DNA of 64,000 bases from Mobula hypostoma (lineage: Eukaryota), in contig NC_086108.1 of the NCBI RefSeq assembly GCF_963921235.1, positions 111,664,001-111,728,000 of the forward strand. The letters are read 5' to 3'. Position numbers and translations under genes: made by a program. How positions within the stretch are numbered: position 1 is the first letter of the stretch; every line of letters begins with the position of its first letter. This document shows, piece after piece, positions 48,883 to 61,918 of the stretch. The notes beneath the pieces were generated by a model. It ran no database searches, had not been told where the DNA came from, and saw only the letters and a program-made list of their open reading frames with translations.

Positions 48883-49437
48883 GTAAGTGCCCCGGGGCCA
48901 CTTAGCCACAGCAGCCGGGAGTTGGATGGGCTTTACTCCGAGCGTTTCAGCGACCCCGATGACGCTTGGCCGGGTCTCCCCGCACTTCAGGACCAGATCG
49001 AAGGCCAGACGAGTGGCCGACACTGGCTCTGATCTGCAGTGCCCCTCTCCTTCCCTCCACACAACTGTAGGACAATCTACCTTGCACCTTATCGTCTGCC
49101 TGCACTGCAGTTTGTTTTTAGTTACTCTTTGCATTCTGTTATTGTTTTACCCTCTTCTACCTCATTGAATAATACAATGCTCTGATCTGTATGAACAGGT
49201 TTTTCACTGTACCTCGGTATATGTCAGAAGCGGGTTTCACAACACCTACGTATGTCATGAAAATTGCTGTTTTACGACAGCAGTGCATTGCAATTCATTG
49301 TAATAAAACTAAATTGTAATAAGTATATATAAATTAAATACGTAATGCAAAAAGAGGGGGAATTATTGAGGAAGGTTTGTGGGTTCAAGATCTTTTCAGA
49401 AAGCTAATGGTGGAGGGAAGAAGATGTTGCTGAAACG

Positions 49438-49438
<1 letters not shown>

Positions 49439-49471
<33 letters not shown>
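49439..49471. repeat. (TG)n microsatellite
   Basis: Direct reading. Confidence 0.95.
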
Positions 49472-49474
<3 letters not shown>

Positions 49475-49579
49475 GGCTCCAGTACCACCTCCTTGATGGT
49501 AGCAAAGAGAAGAGGGCATGTCCTGGGTTATCGGGCAGTCCTTAATCCTTAATGGGGAAAATGTGGAGGTCAAAAGGGA

Positions 49580-51852
49580 CGCGTTACCCCTGGACCGGAG
49601 AGGGGACCAATATTCTTGCAGGCTGGTTTTTCTAGAGCTGCAGAGGATGGTTTAAACTAAATTGGCAGGGGCTTTGGGAAACTGAGTGATAGGACTGAAG
49701 ATGGGGCAATTGGTATACAAGTAGGTGCAGTAGGTAGTGAGACTGTGAGGAAGGAGAGACTGATGATGGGGCAAAATTGCAATCAGTGGGACGAGTTGAA
49801 GTGTAACAGGGGCCAGAATCGAAAATAGTGATGAATACAGGACTGAAGGTGTTATATTTGAATGCACACAGTATATGGATTAAGATAGATGATCTTGTGG
49901 TGCAGTTAGAGATGAGCAGATATGATATCATGGGAATCACCAAATTGTGGCTGAAAGGTTATAGTTGGGAGCATCCAAGCATATACATTGTATTGAAAGG
50001 TCAGGGAGATAGGCAGAGGGAGTGGAGTGGCTTTGTTGGTAAATACCAAAATCAAATCCCTAGAAAGAGGTGACATAGATTGGAAGATGTAAAATCCTCG
50101 TGGATTTTCAGCTAAAAATAACCTGATGAAAGTGACATACAGACCTCCAAACAGAAGCCAGGATGTGGGCTACAAATTACAATGGTAGATAGAAACAGCA
50201 TCTCAGAAGGACCATGTCATGATAGTCATGGGAGATTTCAATGTGCATGTAGATTGGGAAAATCCGATTGATTTGGAAATTGGAAATTGAAAATTGAAAA
50301 TCCCAAGAGAGGGAATTTGTAGAATGCCTTTGAGATGGTATTTTAGAGCAGCTCGTGCCTGAGCCCACTCGGGGAAAGGCTGTTCTGGTTTGGGTGTTGT
50401 GCAATGAACTGGAATTGATTAGGGAGCTTAAGGTAAAAGAACCCTAGGGGGTAAGTGATCATAATATGATCGAATTCACCCTGAAATATGAGGAGGAGCT
50501 AAAGTCAGATGTATCAGTATTACAGTGGAGTAAAGGGAATCGCAGAGCACGAGGGAGAAGCTGGCCAAAATTGACTGGAAGGGGACACCACCAAGGATGA
50601 CAGCAGAACAGCAATGGCTGGTATTTCTGGGGGAACATTAGAAGGTGCAGGAAAGACACAACCCAAAGATGAAGAAGCATTCTAAAGGGAGGATGAGGCA
50701 ACTGTGGCTGACAATGGAAGCCAAACACAGGATAAAAGCAAAGGAGAGGGCATATAATAGAGCAAAAATTAGTGGAAAGTTAGAGGGTTGGGAAGCTTTT
50801 AAAAACCAACGGAAGGCAACTAAAATGCCATGCCATGAGAAGAGATGAAGTAGAAAACTAAGCTAGCCAATAATACAAAAGTGGGTACCAAGCATTTTTT
50901 TGGCTATATAAAGAGTAAAAGAGAGATGAGAATGGATATCAGACGGCTGGAGAGATAGAAATGGGGGACAAAGAAATGGCAGAGGACCTTAGTAAGTATT
51001 TTGCACCAGTCCACTGTGGAAGACACTAACGGAATGCCAAAAATGTGTGAGGGTCAGTGGATAGAAGTGAGAGTTGTTGCTATTACTAAGGAGAAGGTGC
51101 TTGGAAAGCTGAAAAGTCTGAAGGTAAAAAGTCACCTGGATCAGATGGTGTACACCCCAGAGTTCTGAAAGAGGTGGCTGAAGAGATCGCAGAGGCATCA
51201 GTAATGATCTTTCAAGAATCACTGGATTCTGGAAAAGTTCCTCTGAACAGGTTAATTACAAATGTCACTCCGCTCTTTAAGAAGGAAGAGAGGTAGGAGA
51301 AAGGATGCTACGCCCAGTTAGCTCAGTGGTCGAGAAGATGGTGGAGTTGATTGCTAAGGACGTGGTTTTGGGTCCTTGGATCCACATGATAAAATAAGCC
51401 TTGGTCAGCATGGTTTCCTTAGGGGAAAATCTTGTCTGACAAATCTGTTGGAATTCTTTGAAGAAGTTATAAGCAGGATAGACAAAGAAGAGTCGGTGGC
51501 TTTTGTTTATTTGGATTTTCAAATGGCGTTTGACAAGGTGCCACACAGGAGGATGCTTAACAAGGTAAGAGCCCATAGTATTATGTGAAAGGCATGAGCA
51601 TGGATGGACCCTCTACCCTCTGCTATCTGATTTCCCCTTTCTCCAGCCCTTTATCTATTTCACCAATCAACTTCCCAACTCTACACAGGCTCAGAATTGA
51701 GGGACACCCATTTAGAACAGAGATGAGGAAAAATTTCTTTCGCCAGAGGGTGGTGAATCTGTGGAATTCTTTCCTGCAGATGGTTGTGTAGGCAAAGTCA
51801 CTGGTTATATTTAAGATGGAGTTTGATATGTTCCTGATTAATCACAGCATCA
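49580..51852 (+). mobile_element. Old degenerate CR1 (ORF1 end, APE, RT fragments; 3'UTR resumes at ~55951-56075)
   Basis: LKVLYLNAHSI, QHGFLRGKSCLTNLLEFFEE and RVVNLWNS motifs with many disruptions. Confidence 0.85.
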
Positions 51853-51883
51853 TTTTCTGTTGTTATTTGAGGAGAGGGGCAGT

Positions 51884-52817
51884 ATGAGTGTGAGGGCAGT
51901 TTGTTGTTCTCGGTGTCGGATGTGGGAGGCCCTGGAGTCTCCAAGCCTCCCGGACGTCTACATCTGCGCCAAGTGCATCGAGATGCAGCTCCTAAGGGAC
52001 CGCGTTACGGAACTGGAGCTGCAGCTCGATGACCTTCGTCTGGTCAGGGAGAGCGAGGAGCTGATAGAGAGGAGTTACAGGCAGGTGGTCACACTGGGAC
52101 CACGGGAGGAAGACAAGTGGGTCACGGTTAGGAGGGGGAAGGGGAAGAGTCAGGTAATAGAGAGTACCCCGGTGGCTGTGCCCCTTGACAATAGGTACTC
52201 CTGTTTGAGTACTGTTGGGGGGGACAGCTTACCCGGGGGAAGCGACAGTGGCCGTGCCTCCGGCACAGAGTCCGGCCCTGTAGCTCAGAAGAGTAGGGAA
52301 AGGAAGAGGAGGGCAGTTGTGATAGGGGACTCGATAGTAAGGGGGTCAGATAGGCGATTCTGTGGACGCAGTCCAGAGACCCGGATGGTAGTTTGCCTCC
52401 CTGGTGCCAGGGTCCGGGATATTTCTGATCGTGTTCAAGATATCCTGAAGTGGGAGGGTGAGGAGCCAGAGGTCGTGGTACATATAGGTACCAATGACAT
52501 AGGTACGAAAAGGGAAGAGGTCCTGAAAGGAGAATATAGGGAGCTAGGAAGGGAGTTGAGAAAAAGGACTGCAAAGGTAGTAATCTCGGGATTACTGCCT
52601 GTGCCACACGACAGTGAGAGTAGGAATGCGATGAGGTGGAGGATAAATGCGTGGCTGAGGGATTGGAGCAGGGGGCAGGGATTCAAGTTTTTGGATCATT
52701 GGGACCTCTTGGCGCAGGCGTGACCTGTACGAAAAGGACGGGTTACACTTGAATCCTAGGGGGACCAATATCCTGGCAGGGAGATTAGCAAGGGCTACTG
52801 AGGTGATGTTAAACTAG
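51884..52817 (+). pseudogene. CR1 ORF1: Cys-rich zinc finger/leucine zipper + SGNH (GDSL-like) esterase, frameshift ~52710
   Basis: CSRC...CAKC, heptad leucines, VIGDSIVRG, CLPGA, VHIGTNDI. DGLHLNPRG continues in another frame to a stop at ~52817. Confidence 0.9.
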
Positions 52818-52822
52818 AATGG

Positions 52823-55800
52823 TTGGGGGGTGGGAATCAAATTAAAGAGGCTAGGCGTGAGGAGGTTAGTTCACAACAGGGGGCTGGGAACCAGTGCAGA
52901 GAGACAGAGGGGTGTAAAGTGAGGGTAGAAGCAAAAAGTAGTAAGGAGAAAAGTAAAAGTGGCAGGCCGACAAATCCAGGGCAAGCATCAAAAAGGCCCA
53001 CTTTTCAACATAATTGTATAAGGGCTAAGAGAGTTGAAAAAGAGCGCCTGAAGGCTTTATGTGTCAATGCAAGGAGCATTCGTAACAAGGTGGATGAATT
53101 GAAAGTGCAGATTGTTATTAATGATTATGATATAGTTGGGATCACAGAGACATGGCTCCAGGGTGACCAAGGATGGGAGCTCAACGTTCAGGGATATTCA
53201 ATATTCAGGAGGGATGGACATGAAAGAAAAGGAGGTGGGGTGGCGTTGCTGGTTAAAGATGAAATTAACGCAATAGAAAGGAAGGACATGAGCCGGGAAG
53301 ATGTGGAATCGATATGGGTAGAGCTGCATAACACTAAGGGGCAGAAAACGCTGGTGGGAGTTGTGTACAGGCCACCTAACAGTAGTAGTGAGGTCGGAGA
53401 TGGTATTAAACAGGAAATTAGAAATGTGTGCAATAAAGGAACAGCAGTTATAATGGGTGACTTCAATCTACATGTAGATTGGGTGAACCAAATTGGTAAA
53501 GGTGCTGAGGAAGAGGATTTCTTGGAATGTATGCGGGATGGTTTTTTGAACCAACATGTCGAGGAACCAACTAGAGAGCAGGCTATTCTGGACTGGGTTT
53601 TGAGCAATGAGGAAGGGTTAATTAGCAATCTTGTCGTGAGAGGCCCCTTGAGTAAGAGTGACCATAATATGGTGGAATTCTTCATTAAGATGGAGAGTGA
53701 CATAGTTAATTCAGAAACAAAGGTTCTGAACTTAAAGAGGGGTAACTTTCAAGGTATGAGACGTGAATTAGCTAAGATAGACTGGCAAATGACACTTAAA
53801 GGATTGACAGTGGATATGCAATGGCAAGCATTTAAAGATTGCAGGGATGAACTACAACAATTGTTCATCCCAGTTTGGCAAAAGAATAAATCAAGGAAGG
53901 TAGTGCACCCGTGGCTGACGAGAAATTAGAGATAGTATCAATTCCAAAGAAGAAGCATACAAATTAACCAGAAAAAGTGGCTCACCTGAGGATTGGGAGA
54001 AATTCAGAGTTCAGCAGAGGAGGACAAAGGGCTTAATTAGGAAGGAGGAAAAAGATTATGAGAGAAAACTGGCAGGGAACATAAAAACTGACTGTAAAAG
54101 CTTTTATAGATATGTAAAAAGGAAAAGACTGGTAAAGACAAATGTAGGTCCCCTACAGACAGAAACAGGTGAATTGATTATGGGGAGCAAGGACATGGCA
54201 GACCAATTGAATAATTACTTTGGTTCTGTCTTCACTAAGGAGGACATAAATAATCTTCCAGAAATAGTAGGGGACAGAGGGTCCAGTGAGATGGAAGAAC
54301 TGAGTGAAATACATGTTAGTAGGGAAGTGGTGTTAGGTAAATTGAAGGGATTGAAGGTAGATAAATCCCCAGGGCCAGATGGTCTGCATCCCAGAGTGCT
54401 TAAGGAAGTAGCCCAAGAAATAATGGATGCATTAGTGATAATTTTTCAAAACTCATTAGATTCTGGACTAGTTCTCGAGGATTGGAGGGTGGCTAATGTA
54501 ACCCCACTTTTTAAAAAAGGAGGGAGAGAGAAACCGGGGAATTATAGATCGGTTAGCCTAACGTTGGTGGTGGGGAAACTGCTGGAGTCAGTTATCAAAG
54601 ATGTGATAACAGCACATTTGGAAAGCGGTGAAATGATCGGACAAAGTCAGCATGGATTTGTGAAAGGAAAATCATGTCTGACGAATCTCATAGAATTTTT
54701 TGAGGATGTAACTAGTAGAGTGGATAGGGGAGAACCAGTGGATGTGGTATATTTGGATTTTCAAAAGGCTTTTGACAAGGTCCCACACAGGAGATTAGTG
54801 TGCAAACTTAAAGCACACGGTATTGGGGGTGTGGTATTGATGTGGATAGAGAATTGGTTAGCAGACAGGAAGCAAAGAGTCGGAATAAACGGGACCTTTT
54901 CAGAATGGCAGGCAGTGACTTGTGGGGTACCGCAAGGCTCAGTGCTGGGACCCCAGTTGTTTACAATATATATTAATGACTTGGATGAGGGAATTAAATG
55001 CAGCATCTCCAAGTTTGCGGATGACACGAAGCTGGGCGGCAGTGTTAGCTGTGAGGAGGATGCTAAGAGGATGCAGGGTGACTTGGATAGGTTGGGTGAG
55101 TGGGCAAATTCATGGCAGATGCAATTTAATGTGGATAAATGTGAAGTTATCCACTTTGGTGGCAAAAATAGGAAAACAGATTATTATCTGAATGGTGGCC
55201 GATTAGGAAAAGGGGAGGTGCAACGAGACCTGGGTGTCATTATACACCAGTCATTGAAAGTGGGCATGCAGGTACAGCAGGCGGTGAAAAAGGCGAATGG
55301 TATGCTGGCATTTATAGCGAGAGGATTCGAGTACAGGAGCAGGGAGGTACTACTGCAGTTGTACAAGGCCTTGGTGAGACCACACCTGGAGTATTGTGTG
55401 CAGTTTTGGTCCCCTAATCTGAGGAAAGACATCCTTGCAATAGAGGGAGTACAAAGAAGGTTCACCAGATTGATTCCTGGGATGGCAGGACTTTCATATG
55501 AAGAAAGACTGGATGAACTGGGCTTGTACTCGTTGGAATTTAGAAGATTGAGGGGGGATCTGATTGAAACGTATAAGATCCTAAAGGGATTGGACAGGCT
55601 AGATGCAGGAAGATTGTTCCCGATGTTGGGGAAGTCCAGAACGAGGGGTCACAGTTTGAGGATAGAGGGGAAGCCTTTTAGGACCGAGATTAGGAAAAAC
55701 TTCTTCACACAGAGAGTGGTGAATCTGTGGAATTCTCTGCCACAGGAAACTGTTGAGGCCAGTTCATTGGCTATGTTTAAGAGGGAGTTAGATATGGCCC

Positions 55801-55853
55801 TTGTGGCTACGGGGGTCAGGGGGTATGGAGGGAAGGCTGGGGCGGGGTTCTAA
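52823..55853 (+). pseudogene. CR1 ORF2: APE endonuclease + reverse transcriptase, frameshift ~53920
   Basis: NARSIRNK, ITETWL, MGDFN, SDH (52823-53929); PGPDG, GVPQGSVLGP, FADD, RPHLEYC (54174-55853). Confidence 0.95.
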
Positions 55854-56271
55854 GTGGGATGATCAGCCATGATCATAATAAATGGCGGTGCAGGCTCGAA
55901 GGGCCGAATGGCCTACTCCTGCACCTATTTTCTATGTTTCTATGTTTCTACCAAAGTTTATAGGAAGAAGGCAGGAGAATAGGGTTGAGAGGAATAATAA
56001 ATCCGTCATGATGGAATGGTGGAACAGACTCGATGGGCTGAATGACCTAATTCTGCTGCTAGGTTTTATGGTTTTAACAATGGATGCCAGGTTTTGAGAC
56101 ATTGCCTTTTGAAGGTGTCCTGGATGCTGGGGAGGCTGGTGCCTGTGATGGAGTTGGCTGAGTTTTCAACTTTCTGCAGCGTTTTCCGATCCTGTGCAGT
56201 GGCCCCTCCGGGCTAGATGTTGATGCAACCAGTTAGAATGTCCTCCATGGTAAATCTGGAAAAATTTAGAC

Positions 56272-59048
56272 CAGAAGACCATAAGACATAGGAGCAGAAT
56301 TAGGCCATTCAGCCCATCGAGTCTGCTCTGCCGTTCCATCATGGCTGATCCCGGATCCCACTCAACCCTGTACACCTGCCTTCTCACCATATTCTTTGCC
56401 ATGACTGATCAGAAAACAATCAACTTCAACCTTAAATATACCGATGGACTTGGCCTCCATCACAGTCTGTGGCAGAGCATTCTGCAAATTCACTACACTC
56501 TGGCTAAAAAATTCTTCCTTGCCTCTGTTCTAAAGGGCCACCGCTCAATTCTGAGGCTGTGTCCTCTAGTTCTGGATACCCCCACCATAGGAAACATCCT
56601 CTCCATATCCACCCTATCTAGTCCTTACAACATTCAGTAGGTTTCAATGAGATACCCAATATTCTTCTACATTCCAGTGAGTACAGGCCCAAAGCTGCCA
56701 AACACTCCTCATGCATTAACCCATTCATTCCTGGAATTATCCTCATGAACCTCTTCTGAATTCTCTCCAATGACAACACATTGTTTCTGAGATATGGAGC
56801 CCAAAGCAGTTGACAATACTCGTAAGTGCAGCCTGACTAGTGTCTTAACAAGACTCAGCATTATCTCCTTATTTTTATATTCTATTCCCCTTGAAATAAA
56901 TGCTAACATTGCATTTGCCTTCTTTACCACAGACTCAACCTGTAAATTAACTTTCTGGGAGTCTTGCACGAGGACTCCTAAGTCCCTCTGCACCTCTGAT
57001 GTTTGAACCTTCTCCCCATTTAGATAATAGTTCACACTATTGTTCCTTTTACCAAAATGCATTATCATACATTTCCCAATGCTAGTTTCCGTCTGCCATT
57101 TTTCCAATTTGTCTATATCCTACTACAATCGCATTGCTTCCTCATTACTACCTACCCCTCCACCTATCTTCGTATCATCTACAAACTTTGCCACAAAGCC
57201 ATCAATTCCATTATCCAAATCATTAACAAACAATGTGAAAACAGTGTCCGTATACTTGCCCCTGAGGAACATCATTAGTCACTGACAGGCAATCAGAAAA
57301 AAGCCCTTTTATTCCCACTCGCTGCCTCCTGCCTGTCAGCCATTCCACTATCTATGGTGGCATGGTGCGAAGACAATAACCTATCCCTCAATGTCAGCAA
57401 GACGAAGGAATTGGTTATTGACTTCAGAAGGAGTAGCGGACCGTACGACCCAATTTACAAGTGCGCAAGTGGAACAGGTCAAAAGCTTCAAGTTCCTCGG
57501 GGTCAATATCACAAATGACCTGACTTAGTCCAACCAAGCAGAGTCCACTGCCAAGAAGGCCCACTAGTGACCTTACTTCCTGAGAAAGCTAAAGAAATTT
57601 GGCCTGTCCCCTAAAACCCTCACTAATTTTTATAAGTGCACCGTAGAAAGCATTCTTCTAGGGTGCATCACAGCCTGGTATGGAAGTTGTCCTGTCCAGG
57701 ACCGGAAGAAGCTGCAGAAGATCATGATCATGGCCCAGCACATCACACAAACCAATCATCCATCCTTGGACTCACTTTACACCGCACGCTGTCGGAGCAG
57801 TGCTGCCAGGATAATCAAGGACATGACCCACCCAGCCAACACACTTTTCGTCCCTCTTCCCTTCGGGAGAAGGCTCAGGAGCTTGGACTCATATGGCCAG
57901 ATTTGGGAACAGCTTCTTTCCAACTGTGATAAGACTGCTGAATGGATCCTGACCCGGATCCGGGCCGTACCCTCCAAATATCCGGACCTGCCTCTTGGTT
58001 TTTTTGCACTACCTTACTTTCCATTTTCTATTCTCTATTTATGATTTAAAATTTAAATTTTTAATATTTACTATCGATTTGTACTTCAGGGAGAGGGAAG
58101 CGCAGAATCAAATATCGCTGTGATGATTGTACGTTCTAGTATCAATTGTTTGGCGACAATAAAGTATAAAGCATCCCTGCCAGTATCTATCCCGTAGGAT
58201 CTTATCTTGTTAAGCAGCCTCGTGTGTGGCACCTTATCAAATGCCTTCTGAAAATCCAAGTAAATGACGTCCACTGCCTCTCCTTTGTCCACCCTGCTTG
58301 TTACTTCCTCGAAGATCTCTAAAAGATTTATCAGGTTACATTTCCCTGTACAGAAATCATGTTGATTTTGACTTATTTTATCATTAGTCTCCAATTCCCT
58401 CGAAACCTCATCCTTAATAATAGACTCCAATACTTTCCCAGTCGCTGAGGTTAGGCTAAGTGGCCTATAATTTCCTTTCATTTGCCTTCCTCCCTTCTTT
58501 ATGGAGTGGAGCGACATTTGCAATCTTCCAGTCCTCCGGGACCATGCCAGAATCAAGTGATTCTTGAAAGATCATGACCAATGCATTTGTTATCTCTTCA
58601 GCAAATTCTTTCAAGACTCGGGGATGTTGTCCATCTGGTCCAGGTGACTTATCCACCTTAAGACTTTTGAGTTTGCCTCGCACTTTTTCATTTGTCATAG
58701 CAATGACACTCACTCCTGCTCCCTGACACTCACAGACCTCTGACACACTGCTAGTGTCTTCCACAGTGAGGACAGATGCAAAGTACCCATTGAGTTCATC
58801 TGCCATTTCTTTGTCCCCCATTACTACCTCACCAGCATCATTTTCCAGTGGTCCAATATCAACTCTCACCTCACTTTTACTCTTTATATAACTGAAAAAA
58901 CTTCTAGTATCCTGCTTTACATTATTGGCTAGTCTGCCCTCATATTTCATCTTTTCCCTTCTTATAGACTTTTTTAGTTGCCTTTTGTTGGATTTTAAAA
59001 GCTTCCCAATCATCCAACTTCTACTCACTTTTGCTAACTTATATGCCT
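56272..59048 (-). mobile_element. Degenerate CR1 interrupted by a Rex1-type LINE
   Basis: RT motifs in ORFs 56709-57107, 58086-58556 and 58465-59028. Confidence 0.88.
57355..58170 (+). mobile_element. Rex1/Babar-type LINE 3' part
   Basis: WCEDNNLSLNVSKTKELVIDFRR, FKFLGVNI, FLRKLKKFGLSPKTLTNFY motifs. AATAAAGTATAAAG tail. Confidence 0.85.
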
Positions 59049-59511
59049 GTTACTGTTCCGTGTCTCCAAATAAAATAAAAATACTCCCTGAAATTCGCCT
59101 GGTATGCTTACAACACTCTCTAAATTTCAACCACAACAACAGCAAAACAGCAGTGGTCCATCAAATCTCTGGACTTTGGAGAAGTTAAGGCTGCATTGAT
59201 CCCATCTCTCCACTATCGAACTTTATCAGTGGCTCCCTGTTTCATCATCAGCACAAGTACGTCCTTTGTTACCAGTCTCTTTTCCCACCCCTGCTACACT
59301 CCAGGATCTTCTCTTTCACTCCAAATTCTAGCACCTTGTGTCAGATTCAGATTCATTTGCTTATCATGTGTACATCAGTGAACTGTGTGGTTTGCATTAA
59401 CAACCAACACATGCAAGGGTGTGCCGGGGCAGCCCGCGAGCGCTGCAACACAATCCAGCTCCAACATAACGTGCCCACAGTGCTCTGCCGAACAACTCAA
59501 AAGATTGCTCA

Positions 59512-60368
59512 GTTTAGGAGAGTGGGCAAAGAAATGGCAGATGAGATACAATGTTGAGAAATGTACGGTTGTACGTTTTGGAAGAAGAAATAATCGGGCA
59601 GATTATTATTTAGATGGGGAGAAAATTCAAAAATCGGAAGTGCAAAGGGACTTGGGGGTCCTCGTGCAGGATACCCTTAAAGTTAACCACCAGGTTGGAT
59701 CGGTAGTAAGGAAAGCGAATGCTATGTTGGCATTCATTTCAAGAAGAATAGTGTATAAGAGTAAGGAGGTGTTGATGAGGCTCTATGGGGCACTGGTGAG
59801 ACCTCATTTGGAATATTGTGTGCTGTTTTGGGCCCCCTATCTTAAAAGGGATGTACTGATGTTGGAGAGGGTTCAGAGAAGATTTACGAGGATGATTCCT
59901 GGAATGCAGGGGCTAACATATGAGGAGCGTTTGTCAGCTCTTGGACTGTATTCATTAGAATATAGAAGAACGAGAGGGGATCTCATAGAAACATTTCGAA
60001 TGTTGAAAGGGTTGGACAGAGTAGATGTGGAAAGACTGTTTCCCTTGGTGGGTGAGTCCAGGACAAGAGACCACAGTCTTAGAATTAGAGGGTACCCATT
60101 TAAAACAGAGATGTGGAGAAAATTTTTTAGCCAGAGGGTCATGGATTTATGAAATTCGTTGCCACATGCAGCTGTGGGAGCCTGATCATTGAGGGTGTTT
60201 AAAGAGGAGATTGATAGGTATCTAATTAGTCAGGGTATCAAGGGATATGGGGGAAAAGCTGGAAATTGGAACTAGATGGGAGAATTGTTTAGCTCATGGT
60301 GGAGTGGCGGAGCAGACTCGATGGGCCGAATGGCCTACTTCTGCTCCTTTGTCTTGTGATCTTGTGAT
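59512..60368 (+). mobile_element. 5'-truncated CR1
   Basis: C-terminal part of ORF 59385-60152. (TCTTGTGA)n tail. Confidence 0.92.
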
Positions 60369-60555
60369 TCAAAGGCCCATTTATTATCAAAGAAGAAATG
60401 CAGTACACAACTCTGAGATTCATCTTCTCCGGGTAGCATAAAACAAAGAAAAGCTATGGAGGTCATTCAAAGAGAAACGTCAAATCTACCCCCACACAAA
60501 AGAAGGAAAGCAATACGAGCATCAACCCCCTCCCCTCCACAAAACGCAATAAGAA

Positions 60556-60919
60556 CATTGACCCCCCCCAAACCCCGTTCCCCCACACAGAACAGGACAT
60601 CGACCCCCCCAACCCCATTCCCCCACACAAAACAGAATATCGACCACCAAACCCCGGTTCCCCACACAAAACAGAATATCGACCCCCCCTATACCCCATT
60701 CCCCCACACAAAACAGAATATTGACCACCAAACCCCATTCCCCCACACAAAACAGAATATCGACCCCCCCTATACCCCATTCCCCCACACAAAACAGAAT
60801 ATTGACCACCAAACCCCATTCCCCCACACAAAACAGAATATCGACCACCAAACCCCGGTCCCCCACACAAAACAGAATATTGACCACCAAACCCCGGTCC
60901 CCCACACAAAACAGAATAT
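60556..60919. repeat. Minisatellite of 39/42-bp units (ccccacacaaaacagaatatYgacc...), resuming degenerate at ~61323-61500
   Basis: About 9 units. Translation shows 13-aa (PHTKQNIDHQTPV/F) and 14-aa (PHTKQNIDPPYTPF) periods. Confidence 0.92.
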
Positions 60920-61322
60920 AGATAGATAGATATACTTTATTAATCCTGAGGGAAATTTGGTTTTGTTACAGCCGCACCAACCAAGAATAGAGTATAAATA
61001 TAGCAATACAAAAAATCCCAGCAATCAAACACCAAAATGCAAACTATGCCAGATGGAAAATAAGTCCAGGACCAGTCTATTGGCTCAGGGTGTCTGACCC
61101 TCCATGGGAGGAGCTGCACGTTCGATGGCCAAAGGCAGGAACGGCCTCCCGTGCCGCCAAGTGTTGTATCACGGTGGAATGTGGCCAAAGTCCAACAGTA
61201 AAAAGTTCAATATCCAGTCTGCGAACACATTCCTCGATGGTAATATACCCCGGATTGCACCATCCGTTGTTAGCCAGAACAGTAAGCACCCAACTCCTTT
61301 ATGTTTACCGGTCTCAACCGCT
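60920..61322 (-). mobile_element. Internally deleted Rex1-type LINE inserted in the minisatellite
   Basis: Endonuclease-region peptide VLANNGWCNPGYITIEECVRRLDIELFTVGL joined to C-terminal RHGRPFLPLAI, 3'UTR, AATAAA and (TCTA)n tail. Confidence 0.7.
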
Positions 61323-61918
61323 TATCGACTACCAAACCCTGGTCCTCCACACAAAACAGAACATTGACCCCCCCCCTCCAAACCTCGTTTCCCCACACAA
61401 GACAGAATATCGACCACCGAACTCCAGTCTCCCACACAAAAAAAAACAAACCTCAACAAGAATGTTAACCCCTAAACCCTCTCCCCCACACACCAAAACA
61501 TGAAAGAATGGGCGAAAACACAGAATATAAAAACCATATAAGTGAAAAACACTCCACGGTCCATAAGCGCAATAGTCCAATCCAAAAATGCAGAATCTCG
61601 ATAGCATCCTCCGACGTCATTGAAAGAGGCACCACTCGAACCACGAGCAAAATAACAGAAAACAAGGCCTATTCGCACCCTCTCCCTCACTTACCCGCAC
61701 CCCCCTTATTCACTCTCACTGACAAGCCTCCAACTCCACCTCATGGCCTCCTGGACCAGTCTTTGGCCTGGGACTCTCAGACATAAGGTCTTCAATTTGA
61801 TAGACTGAAGAGTCACTACATGATATTTTTTTCCTTATTACTGCAGTTATGAGCACTGTGACCTTTAACCCTGCCCTGCATATAGGGTGTCTAACTTGCA
61901 CTGTGTCTGTTTCTGCAG

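Larger units (their letters stand above)
51853..55950 (+). mobile_element. Near full-length young CR1 LINE
   Basis: ORF1 plus ORF2, each with one apparent frameshift. (TTTCTATG)n tail. Inserted into the 3' end of an older CR1. Confidence 0.97.

Noticed and set aside
48835..49168. ORFs 48835-49134(-) and 48887-49168(+)
   Set aside because: GC-rich promoter/intron sequence running into a repeat tail, with no recognisable protein.
51860..52723. Host SGNH hydrolase gene
   Set aside because: Directly upstream of APE-RT with a CR1 tail; it is LINE ORF1.
60556..60919. CRISPR-like array
   Set aside because: Units are contiguous with no unique spacers, the context is eukaryotic, and there are no cas genes.
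60456..60929. Gly/Cys/Tyr-rich and Pro/Thr-rich repetitive ORFs resembling structural proteins
   Set aside because: Open in several frames on both strands because the minisatellite units are multiples of 3. No splice or promoter support.
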